A DNA stretch of 32,000 bases from Candidatus Scalindua sp. (GCA_031316235.1 JALDRA010000001.1:3120001-3152000); one strand, 5' to 3'. Numbered from the stretch's first letter, positions 7,992 through 15,927 are shown. Made by a program: numbers and translations. Notes: generated by a model not told the origin, from the letters alone.

Positions 7992-8909
7992 TTAATGAAC
8001 GATAACCCTGTTTTTCCCCTGGGTTTTTGCCTGGTAAAGCACGGTATCTGCAGCCGTAATCAGAAATTCAGGGGAGCTGTTTTCCTGCGGGGTGTCAGGG
8101 GTAAACCCTGCCAGCCCGAAACTTGCCGTAACCTGTATCTCTTTCTCCTCAATTCTCATGGTTTTTTGAGCAATATTTTCGCAGATCCTTTTTGCTAAAA
8201 AGGAGGCACCCTCGATTCCTATTTCCGGAAGGACAAGTAAAAACTCTTCGCCTCCGTAACGGACAAGCCAGTCCAGGCCTTGCCTGATAGTGTCGTTTAT
8301 CGTTTGAGCAAAAAGTATTAATACCTGATCTCCGGTTACGTGCCCGTGCGTATCGTTAATTTTCTTGAAATTATCTATGTCACACATGATAATCGACAGC
8401 GAATGTCTGTATCTCCTCGCTCTTTTGATCTCATTGTTTAGATGTGCATTCATATAGGTACGGTTGAAGCATCCGGTAAGAGCATCGGTTATCGATAATC
8501 TCAGATTCTTTTTATCGTGTTCCCGTTCCAGCAGAGACTGTTTATTATATTCAATTCCATCATTAATTGCCGCAATGAGGGTTTTTGGATCGCAGGGTTT
8601 GGTCAGAAACCGAAAGATGTTTCCCTGGTTTACTGCATCTATGGCTTTCTGGAGTTCGGCCTTGCCGGTAAGGATTATGCATGCACAGTCAGGATTTATC
8701 TCCTTGACAGAGGAGAGGAACTGGAGCCCGTTCATGACCGGCATCTGGAGGTCGGAAACAACAACAGAAAAAACCCCGTCGTTGGCAACTTTTGTCAACC
8801 CCTGTTCACTTCCAAGGGCGGTATCGATGCTGAATAATTTTTTCAGCATACGTTTGTATGACATTAATATGTTTGGCTCGTCATCCACAAAAAGAACTTT
8901 ATCATTCAT
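7992..8909 (-). CDS. Response-regulator diguanylate cyclase (REC-GGDEF, PleD/WspR-like)
   Basis: REC: VLFVDDEPN...VVVSDLQMPVMNG...ILTGK...FLTKP. GGDEF: active-site RYGGEEF, preceded by RQGLD (not a canonical RxxD I-site). AAAGGGAG precedes two ATGs (8915, 8909) and spacing favours 8909. The maximal ORF runs to 9002. Confidence 0.9.
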   Translation of the reverse strand: MNDKVLFVDDEPNILMSYKRMLKKLFSIDTALGSEQGLTKVANDGVFSVVVSDLQMPVMNGLQFLSSVKEINPDCACIILTGKAELQKAIDAVNQGNIFRFLTKPCDPKTLIAAINDGIEYNKQSLLEREHDKKNLRLSITDALTGCFNRTYMNAHLNNEIKRARRYRHSLSIIMCDIDNFKKINDTHGHVTGDQVLILFAQTINDTIRQGLDWLVRYGGEEFLLVLPEIGIEGASFLAKRICENIAQKTMRIEEKEIQVTASFGLAGFTPDTPQENSSPEFLITAADTVLYQAKTQGKNRVIVH

Positions 8910-9142
8910 CGGCATCTCCCTTTTTTTATAACGTATGCTGTTCCCCAATTTTGAAAAAAATATCTCTCTCGTGTTAAAATTATGCCTTTCGATTGCAGCC
9001 ACTTATTCACGGTTACCATCCCTTCCCGATAATGAACCTGTGGAGGACGGAAACACACATCAGTGAGGCAGCAAATATTTTGTTCCTGCTTCAGGATACC
9101 TACCCTTTAAAATGATACTGACCGGACTGCTGTAAGCAGAAA

Positions 9143-9781
9143 TCAATCTCCCGGAGCCGATAAGCTTTCTTCTGCTTTTAAAAGAAAGCCGGAAAGAATT
9201 GCCTTCGTGTCAATATCCATATGAATAAATTCTATGCCCAGACCTATATCTTCAGTGTTTGTGCTTATGTTTTTCTGTATTGATGGTATGGTCAGTTCGT
9301 TCTTCATGCCGGGCAACTTGAAGAGTATGGTGAATTCGCCTACCGTCTCTATTGAGGTAATGCAGTGTGCAATCTTTGAAAGATCTGCAATAAAATGGCA
9401 TCCTTTTTTGCTAATATCGGTAATGCTCCCCTCTATTAAATTGCCTGAAATTTTTACCTGAGCAGGCAGATGGCAGCTGATTCTCTTGTTGCTTCGCAGG
9501 CCAAAGTTCTCAAATCTGGTCGGATAATCAATAAAGATCAGGTGTGCCGGATTGGTAATAAAGCCGAGTATGCGGGAACTGAAGCCAAAGATAGTGCCTT
9601 TATGGCGGTATTTAACACTAATCCCGTTTCCTCTGTATAATATGTTTGCCGTAAGTCCCAGCTCATACAAAGGTGGCATCTTGAGAATCACATATTCTCC
9701 TTCCTCCATTCCGACGAGTTCGGTTGTCAGCTGTGCTTCAACGCCATTTACCTGGATTCCCATTAAGGTACCTATATTCAT
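9143..9781 (-). CDS. PilZ-domain c-di-GMP receptor (YcgR-like N-domain + PilZ)
   Basis: Canonical PilZ motifs RSNKR (RxxxR) and DISKKG (D/NxSxxG) about 25 residues apart, with a ~100-aa N-terminal beta-barrel-like domain. Confidence 0.8.
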   Translation of the reverse strand: MNIGTLMGIQVNGVEAQLTTELVGMEEGEYVILKMPPLYELGLTANILYRGNGISVKYRHKGTIFGFSSRILGFITNPAHLIFIDYPTRFENFGLRSNKRISCHLPAQVKISGNLIEGSITDISKKGCHFIADLSKIAHCITSIETVGEFTILFKLPGMKNELTIPSIQKNISTNTEDIGLGIEFIHMDIDTKAILSGFLLKAEESLSAPGD

Positions 9782-10168
9782 AATTTATGTCTGCTCCTTT
9801 TTCAAATCCTTCATGCAGCTGTTAGAATCCATTATTCAGAATCCAGAATAGAAGTTGAGCATGGTTCATGTATGAGTTGGCTCAAGTAGCTTACTTATCT
9901 CTTCAAGTTGTACATACTACCTTTCCTCCCGAACGTAGCAGTTCCAGCCCCCGTCCGAACAGATTCATCCGGGCGGTGCGGGCGGGTAGTATTTTGCTTT
10001 AACGCAGAGGCGCGGAGGACGCAGAGCTTATGCCGCAAAGCTTATATCAAGCTGCGACTGAAAGGAAATTTACTCTAATTTGCTGACTACCCGGCAAATC
10101 GCATCGCATAATAAATAATGTTTTCAATTCATAATTCTGAAATCCAAAATCTCAATTCTTCATATTAT

Positions 10169-12094
10169 TTACATCCCATTTGCTGCTAAAACCTTATTTA
10201 GGTCATTTGTTTTCAGTGAAGGTGTACCGGCAATGACCTGGCCTAAAATATCCAGTGACAATGGAGAATTAAGAACAAGGATATCCTTATACTCTCTGGA
10301 TGTCATGAGTGTAGCATTGTTTATCATAGTATCAAGAACTTCATCTGATAATGGACTATTGTTTTGCATGGTCCACTCAAAGGACATCATTATTGTACCT
10401 TCATTTATTGCTGCAATAAGTACATTGTCAGACAATGGGTTATTACTCGCTAAGTTTAAGATATTTTCATTGTCACCGGAAGACAATGAAGGATTTCGGT
10501 TTATCATTGCGATCAGTACGGCATCTGATAGCGGCGATTCGCTAACAAGATAATTTGCAACATCAGATGAACTATTTGCCGGGTTATTGATGAAGTCTAT
10601 TAGTGCCTGATCATTAGAGTCAGGGGTAGCAGAACTACAGTCATCATCAATTCCATTGCCGGGTATCTCGGCTATACTGGGGTTGACAGCTGGATTGGCA
10701 TCATCACAGTCACCCTGGTTCCCGGTAAATCCGTCACCGTCATTGTCTATATCGAGAAGACTGTCTGGGGTTGCAGAGCTGCAGTCATCATCGATTCCGT
10801 TACCGGGTATCTCGGCTATACTGGGGTTGACGGCTGGATTGGCATCATCACAGTCACCCTGGTTCCCGGTAAATCCGTCACCGTCATTGTCTATATCGAG
10901 AAGACTGTCTGGGGTTGCAGAGCTGCAGTCATCATCGATTCCGTTGCCGGGTATCTCGGCTATACTGGGGTTGACGGCTGGATTGGCATCATCGCAGTCA
11001 CCCTGGATCTCGGTAAATCCATCACCGTCATCATCTGTATTGAGAAGGCTGTCTGGAGTGGCCGGGTTACAGTCATCATCTTTCCCGTTATCAGGTATCT
11101 CTGCCATAGCGGGGTTGACGGCCGGGTTGCCGTCATCGCAGTCACCCTGGTTTCCCGTAAACCCGTCACCATCATTGTCTTCACCCTCATCAGGATCCTC
11201 TATGGTGGCAGTCGTTCTGCCGTCAATGGACAACTCCAGCGCTGCGCCGTTATTTCTGTCCAGGACATCAACCGTTCCCGTTATCAGGGTGACGGTAGTG
11301 GCCCTGTTTGCATTAACCGTCCCGACCGTAAACCGGGTGCCCCGTACCCCGATAATGGCACTCGGTGTTACCACCTCGAATTTAGAGCCTGCCGTAACCT
11401 GGATATCGATTGTCCCCTCGTCTTCAACCCGTATGATGCTGTAGAGTGTCCCGTCTGCCAGCCGAACCGACTGGACGAGGTATGTCCCGTATCCCGACTG
11501 GGAGTCGGTGATGGTCACCCTGCTTCCGTCTGAGAAGACCATTTCATCATTTATGCTGCCTATGGTTCTCTCGGCAGAGGTACCGTCGGGCGGTATCTCC
11601 TGGCCGTTAACGAGTACGGTATCGATATTGGTGATATTGGTTGCACCTGCACCGAAGAGATTTGTGGCTTTTTTCGCCTCCCTGTGGTGGGGACATCCGA
11701 TGATGAGTTTGTCAACATCGTAGGGGTCCTTTCGTGCCACATAATAGGGGTCATAGCTTGCAAAGCTGGCGGTGCTGACCGGGTTGTCGTCTTCGGGGCA
11801 GAAAAAGGTCTTTTTTTCCGGCACATAGCGGGCAAGTTCGGCAGAGAGGGGGAGGGTATCATTGGAGTCATCCGGGTAGCCGTCCTTCGGGAATTTTCCG
11901 TGTTCGTTATAGTAGATCTGCATACCCAGGGAAATCTGTCTCAGGTTGCTCATGCATGCAGTCTGGTGAAATGCAGTGCGTTCCTTGAGGATGGCAACCG
12001 TTGCAATGCCGGCCACTATCGCTACGATGGTCATCGTGATCATGATTTCGATGAGCGAGAACCCTTTTTTAGCGCCGGAGAATATGTTTTTCAT
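10169..12094 (-). CDS. Giant chimeric pseudopilin: prepilin/DUF1559-like N-terminus + FecR-like domain + 4 Asp/Cys-rich repeats + C-terminal PLSDxVL repeats
   Basis: MKNIFSGAKKG|FSLIEIMITMTIVAIVAG prepilin motif. CMSNLRQISLGMQIYYNEHGKFP and FFCPEDD resemble planctomycete DUF1559 pseudopilins. VVTPSAIIGVRGTRFTVGT is FecR-like. There are 4 copies of D(N/D)DGDGFTxxQGDCDDxNPAVNPxxAEIPxNGxDDDCxxATPDS and 4 copies of (S/N)xPLSDxVLxxxIN. Confidence 0.85.
   Translation of the reverse strand: MKNIFSGAKKGFSLIEIMITMTIVAIVAGIATVAILKERTAFHQTACMSNLRQISLGMQIYYNEHGKFPKDGYPDDSNDTLPLSAELARYVPEKKTFFCPEDDNPVSTASFASYDPYYVARKDPYDVDKLIIGCPHHREAKKATNLFGAGATNITNIDTVLVNGQEIPPDGTSAERTIGSINDEMVFSDGSRVTITDSQSGYGTYLVQSVRLADGTLYSIIRVEDEGTIDIQVTAGSKFEVVTPSAIIGVRGTRFTVGTVNANRATTVTLITGTVDVLDRNNGAALELSIDGRTTATIEDPDEGEDNDGDGFTGNQGDCDDGNPAVNPAMAEIPDNGKDDDCNPATPDSLLNTDDDGDGFTEIQGDCDDANPAVNPSIAEIPGNGIDDDCSSATPDSLLDIDNDGDGFTGNQGDCDDANPAVNPSIAEIPGNGIDDDCSSATPDSLLDIDNDGDGFTGNQGDCDDANPAVNPSIAEIPGNGIDDDCSSATPDSNDQALIDFINNPANSSSDVANYLVSESPLSDAVLIAMINRNPSLSSGDNENILNLASNNPLSDNVLIAAINEGTIMMSFEWTMQNNSPLSDEVLDTMINNATLMTSREYKDILVLNSPLSLDILGQVIAGTPSLKTNDLNKVLAANGM
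10616..11179 (-). repeat. Tandem 144-bp coding repeat (4 copies) inside the giant pseudopilin gene
   Basis: The CCGGGTATCTCGG anchor recurs at 10659, 10803 and 10947 (and a diverged CAGGTATCTC at ~11092), a period of exactly 144 bp. Copies 10659-10802 and 10803-10946 differ at only 2 positions by my reading. Confidence 0.95.
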
Positions 12095-12696
12095 TATGAT
12101 AACTCACGTTACTATCCCTTGTTTTGAGAAGTACGATTTGAGATTTATTTTGATGTTTTTAATGAAGCAGTAAATAAAGAAATCAACTCATCTGCTTCTT
12201 TAATCAGATCAATTCATATCTTTTTAATACCAGAATCGTAAATAATAATTTTCAGATCTTTGATCATGAAGTAGAGAAATAAAAAAGCAAGAATCGTGCC
12301 TTTTAGAAATAAAACCCGCTACCAGTGGTCGTATTCCAGATCTCCGGGGTAACATATCGATGGGAGGCCGCCATATAAAGAGGACCGGTTACAGCTAACT
12401 CTTTACTGAATAAGGACGCTCTCGCCGGATCATCCACTACCCTGCAGAATTTTTGTAAACCTCCCATTATCGGTGTAAAAGGGGGAGCAATTACGTTTTT
12501 TATCAAAAAGCATTTATTTGCCCGGATTTGTATAATATTTCAACGATTATCTTGACCGCTACAGGGAGTATTAAATGGTTAATTCTGCTTGAGGGGAAGA
12601 ACAAACGGAAAATAACCCAGAAGACCCTATTTTTTTGCAGGTTCAGCCGATAATGCTACGTATACTCATCTTGTGCCGCACTTCCCGCTTGAAGAG

Positions 12697-13323
12697 ATGA
12701 ATAGAAAAAAAAGTAAAGGAAAAAGTATTATCAATCAGACAACCCAGTTATTAACGGCTTTATTCTTCTTCCTTGGAGTAGCAGTTACTCCCGTCCATGC
12801 AGAAAACCTGATAGATGAGGGTTTTGAGTCAGGGTGGGGTGGATGGAGTGCTGATTGCGGAGTCTGGGAGATAGGTCTGCCCAGATCAGGGCCCGGATAC
12901 AGCCACGATGGTTCTCTGTGTGCCGGTACGGCCCTCGATGGAAACTATCCTAATAATACAGACAGCCGATTAATCAGTCCGGCAATCACTCTTCCATCTG
13001 TTGCGGATCACGAAGAAATCTATCTCGAATTCTGGCACTGGTTTTCTTATCTTAATAACCCGTTTTCTGATGATAAGGGGTATGTGCAGATAAAAGTCTA
13101 CTATAGTGAAACGGGGAAGTGGTCAGACTGGACAACTCTTGGGAGTACAATAAAGAATACCTCCTCAGTCTGGACATTGAGAAAAGAGGATCTTACGAGA
13201 TATTCCGGGAAAAAGATACAGATAGCCTTTTATCATAGAGTTGATGATGTGTATACATCAACCGGCTGGTATATTGACAATATTGAGATTTCCGGGCCGG
13301 GTGCCTCTTCCCCTGCTTTCTGA
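12697..13323 (+). CDS. Small secreted protein with MAM/'choice-of-anchor J'-like beta-sandwich domain
   Basis: Signal peptide MNRKKSKGKSIINQTTQLLTALFFFLGVAVTPVHA|ENL. The domain pattern EGFESGWGGWS...W..G.P..GP...DGNYPNNTDSRLISP.ITLP...LEFWHWF...GYVQIKV...W...IQIAFY...TGWYIDNIEISG is typical of that family. The ORF is open from the GTG at 12673 but the ATG at 12697 is preferred. Confidence 0.7.
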   Translation: MNRKKSKGKSIINQTTQLLTALFFFLGVAVTPVHAENLIDEGFESGWGGWSADCGVWEIGLPRSGPGYSHDGSLCAGTALDGNYPNNTDSRLISPAITLPSVADHEEIYLEFWHWFSYLNNPFSDDKGYVQIKVYYSETGKWSDWTTLGSTIKNTSSVWTLRKEDLTRYSGKKIQIAFYHRVDDVYTSTGWYIDNIEISGPGASSPAF

Positions 13324-13465
13324 TATGCGAAAACCGATCTGGTTTTATCTGTTTCTAAAAGCCAAAGCCTGGTTAAAGGTATCCCCGGACAAAAAGCGCC
13401 GAGGACTTTCCCCGGTTCGTTTTTTCTCGGATTGTATCCGAAATCCAGTATGAGATGAGTATAAA
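13324..13465 (+). repeat. Intergenic repeat family 1, copy C (long form)
   Basis: ATATGCGAAAACCGATCTGGTTTTATCTG...GGTATCCCCGGACAAAAAGCGCCGAGGACTTTCCCCGGTTCGTTTTTTCTCGGATTGTATCCGAAATCCAGTATGAGATGAGTATAAA. Starts on the base after the TGA stop of the 12697-13323 gene. Confidence 0.9.
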
Positions 13466-13523
13466 CACCGTATGGGATGGAGGGGAGGAACACGGGAGAT
13501 TTATCGAGTTTTCCGGGTAAATC

Positions 13524-15278
13524 TCAAATTGGACATACCCTGTTTCTCCCGCTGTTTTTGGCCTGATAGAGACCTTTATCGGCCCGTACAATAAATCTCT
13601 CACCTGTTTCATACCCATCATGGTATTCAGCAACACCAAAACTCGCCGTTACCCTATGGGGTGTTCTGTGATCTCCGAGATAAAATCGATACTGCTCAAT
13701 GGATTTGCGGATTTTATCTGCAATCTTGACGGCATTGTCACGGTTTGTGCCGGGCAGCATGAGAATGAATTCTTCACCTCCATAACGGCAGGCAACGTCG
13801 AGTGTCCGGCTTATAGTGCGTAATATCCTGGACACCGTACATAACACTTCGTCTCCCGCTGCGTGCCCGAAGCTGTCATTAATCTTTTTAAAGAAATCCA
13901 GGTCAAACATGATAACCGAAAGATCTTTATTTCTACGGAGTTTTACACTCTTGATCTCGGCATTGAGCATTAATTTGAAATGACCAATATTGTAGAGACC
14001 GGTCATATTGTCTTTCGTTGCCAGGTTCGTGAGTCTTCTTTTTTCAATCGTAACAATAATTTGATGATAAACCGTTAAGGCAAAAGAGCTGAAAAAAATG
14101 AGAATCAACGGATAAACAAGGCTGATGATTACATTACCATAGGCAAACAGGACTACGGAAGTAATTGTATAACTCAAGGCAAGCGCGATAATGAGAAGAA
14201 GAGTGTTAAAATATCCAAAACGCTGAGTAATGAGAAAAATCAGCCCGCTCAGGCACCAGATTATCAGGAGATTTTCAAAATCACCGGTGGTGCTCAGGAA
14301 TTCTCTTTGAAGGAGGGAATTGGTAACCGTTGCATTGATGCCCACTGAAGGATAGGCGGGTTCCAGAGGGATGGAACGGATATCATGGAGCCCTGTCGCC
14401 GTAACACCTACAATACAGAGTGAATCTTTAAACATCTCCATCGGTATCAGGGTTTTCCGGCCCTGCAACCATTGAGAATAGGCAACCATGACATCATTGT
14501 AGGATAGGTGAGAAAAAGTTTCCGTCCACCTGCCGGCCCAGTTAATGATCATATCACCCTCTTTTGTCAAAGGGATTTTCAGGGGCTTTTCGCCTGGTAG
14601 GGGAACCTGGAGAAAATTGCTGCCGGTTTTCATATCCTCTGGATCAATACCGTAGTAATCGAGTGCCAGCACCAGGCCAAGCTGGTAATAACTCCGGTTT
14701 TTGTACTGAACTCTGAGCTTGATTCTGCGAACTAGGCCATCGCTGTCTGGTTGAACGCTAATGTGCCCTTCCGTTTTAGCGGCATTCTCAAACAGGGGAA
14801 TGGGTTGGATAATATTATTCCCCCTTATTGCGTGTAAATCCTGAAAAGCAACAGGCAGGTACACGTTTCCCGCTTCTTTCATGCCTTGTGCAAACACGGT
14901 ATCTGATTCATCCGTAGAAGTTTCAGGAAAAAGGATATCGAAGGCAAGGGCCTTAACCCCCCAATCTGACATCGCTTTCGTTAATGCGGCATGTCTTTCA
15001 CGGTTCCAGGGCCACCTTCCCAGCTCTTTGATACTGTCTTCTGCAATTTCAATAATAATGATTTTTGGATGAACAGGAAGAGTTGTCCTGTATTTGAAGC
15101 GTTGATCCAGGCTCATATTCTCTACCGTATCAAATGTTCCGGCAAGATAAAAAAATGTTGAAATTGCAGCAACGAGGAGTACAACGAAAATCTTTGAAAC
15201 GAACAGGTTTTCCTCACGCATCAAGTAGCTCTTTACGTGTATAAAAAATCTTCCAATAGGCAGGAGGAATTTTGGCAT
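13524..15278 (-). CDS. CHASE2-sensor diguanylate cyclase (CHASE2-TM-GGDEF)
   Basis: N-terminal TM, then a periplasmic CHASE2-type region (ELGRWPWNRERHAALTKAM...ALAFDILF...HISVQPDSDGLVRRIKL), 3-4 TM helices, and GGDEF with RYGGEEF and an intact RTLD I-site 5 residues upstream. The alternative start M20 is at 15221. Confidence 0.88.
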   Translation of the reverse strand: MPKFLLPIGRFFIHVKSYLMREENLFVSKIFVVLLVAAISTFFYLAGTFDTVENMSLDQRFKYRTTLPVHPKIIIIEIAEDSIKELGRWPWNRERHAALTKAMSDWGVKALAFDILFPETSTDESDTVFAQGMKEAGNVYLPVAFQDLHAIRGNNIIQPIPLFENAAKTEGHISVQPDSDGLVRRIKLRVQYKNRSYYQLGLVLALDYYGIDPEDMKTGSNFLQVPLPGEKPLKIPLTKEGDMIINWAGRWTETFSHLSYNDVMVAYSQWLQGRKTLIPMEMFKDSLCIVGVTATGLHDIRSIPLEPAYPSVGINATVTNSLLQREFLSTTGDFENLLIIWCLSGLIFLITQRFGYFNTLLLIIALALSYTITSVVLFAYGNVIISLVYPLILIFFSSFALTVYHQIIVTIEKRRLTNLATKDNMTGLYNIGHFKLMLNAEIKSVKLRRNKDLSVIMFDLDFFKKINDSFGHAAGDEVLCTVSRILRTISRTLDVACRYGGEEFILMLPGTNRDNAVKIADKIRKSIEQYRFYLGDHRTPHRVTASFGVAEYHDGYETGERFIVRADKGLYQAKNSGRNRVCPI

Positions 15279-15308
15279 TCTTTAAATTTCCTTATCTAGT
15301 GCCTGATC

Positions 15309-15446
15309 GGAAACCCTGTGGTAGAACAAAAACTCCACGGATTCAAGGCGCGCTGATCTCGTAAACGGAACGTATCGATGTGCGTGAGTATTACGTCACT
15401 CTTACTGCAGCAGAGCAGAGGGGTAGTTTTTGTCTGGTCACCAGCC
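15309..15446 (+). repeat. Intergenic repeat family 2, copy 4
   Basis: GGAAACCCTGTGGTAGAACAAAAACTCC...GCTGATCTCGTAAACGGAACGTATCGATGTGCGTGAGTATTACGT...GCAGCAGAGCAGAGGGGTAGTTTTTGTCTGGTCACCAGCC is collinear by eye with 28674-28805, 3586-3718 and 1-72. Confidence 0.7.
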
Positions 15447-15554
15447 AGGTTAACCGTTTGATCACAAATTACTTCCCGGGTTCTTTGAATACTCACAATA
15501 AGATTGCATGTCTGACTGCCCGTTCTCATGCAACAGGATTGTTCCACATGATAG

Positions 15555-15722
15555 ATATACGAAAACCGATCTGGTTTTATCTGTCTCTAAAAACAAAAGC
15601 CTGGTTACTGGTATCCCCGGACAAAAAACACCGACGACTTTCCCCGGACCAGGTGCCGAGGACTTTACTCGCTCCGTTTTTTCCCGGATTGTATCCGAAA
15701 TTCAGTATAAGATGAGTAGAGT
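15555..15722 (+). repeat. Intergenic repeat family 1, copy D (long form with two internal cassettes, degenerate 3' end)
   Basis: ATATACGAAAACCGATCTGGTTTTATCTG...GGTAT[CCCCGGACAAAAAACACCGACGACTTT][CCCCGGACCAGGTGCCGAGGACTTT]ACTCGCTCCGTTTTTTCCCGGATTGTATCCGAAATTCAGTATAAGATGAGTAGAGT. Confidence 0.88.
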
Positions 15723-15813
15723 AGAGAGGTATCCATCTTGAAGAAATAACAAAGAGACGGGTTACCATCTGTCAGGTGTACTAGTGAACAGCAATAGGTA
15801 TGCCCATTTTGCA

Positions 15814-15927
15814 TATACTGCAACCAAATCTTGGCTGCTGGTATCCCCTGACAGAAAACTCCGAGGACTTTACCCGCTCAATTTTTTCCCGGATTGTATC
15901 CGAAATCCAGTATGAGATGAGTATAAT
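15814..15927 (+). repeat. Intergenic repeat family 1, copy E (lacks the 5' hairpin module, has one cassette)
   Basis: TATACTGCAACCAAATCTTGGCTGCTGGTAT[CCCCTGACAGAAAACTCCGAGGACTTT]ACCCGCTCAATTTTTTCCCGGATTGTATCCGAAATCCAGTATGAGATGAGTATAAT. Confidence 0.88.

Noticed and set aside
9034-9086. GAACCTGTGGAGGACGGAAACACACATCAGTGAGGCAGCAAATATTTTGTTCC looks like a shortened family-2 copy.
   Set aside because: Only ~53 nt with weak block matches. It is not distinguishable from chance by eye.
2415-9851. Many 60-185-aa plus-strand ORFs inside gspF, the two ATPase genes, the REC-GGDEF gene and the PilZ gene (e.g. 2415-2972, 4078-4515, 8464-8931, 9552-9851).
   Set aside because: They are antisense shadow ORFs within genes whose minus-strand products carry unambiguous family motifs.
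10003-10060. Purine-rich CGCAGAGGCGCGGAGGACGCAGAGC followed by the duplicated AGCTTAT.
   Set aside because: It occurs once in the window and has no clear structure or partner. Noted only as low-complexity sequence.
10656-11444. 262-aa plus-strand ORF (and the 10960-11190 minus ORF) with a striking internal repeat.
   Set aside because: It is a shadow ORF antisense to, or out of frame with, the 144-bp tandem repeat of the giant pseudopilin gene. The Ser/Pro/Leu-rich low-complexity product has no start context.
12303-12506. 67-aa minus-strand ORF in the 600-bp gap upstream of the giant pseudopilin. On the same strand, CCCGGAGATCTGGAATACGACCACTGG is reminiscent of the TPP-riboswitch GAUCUGGAUAAUGCCAGCG element.
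   Set aside because: The ORF has no recognisable motif or RBS. The riboswitch-like match lacks the CUGAGA/GGGG partner elements at the right spacing, and the downstream gene has nothing to do with thiamine.
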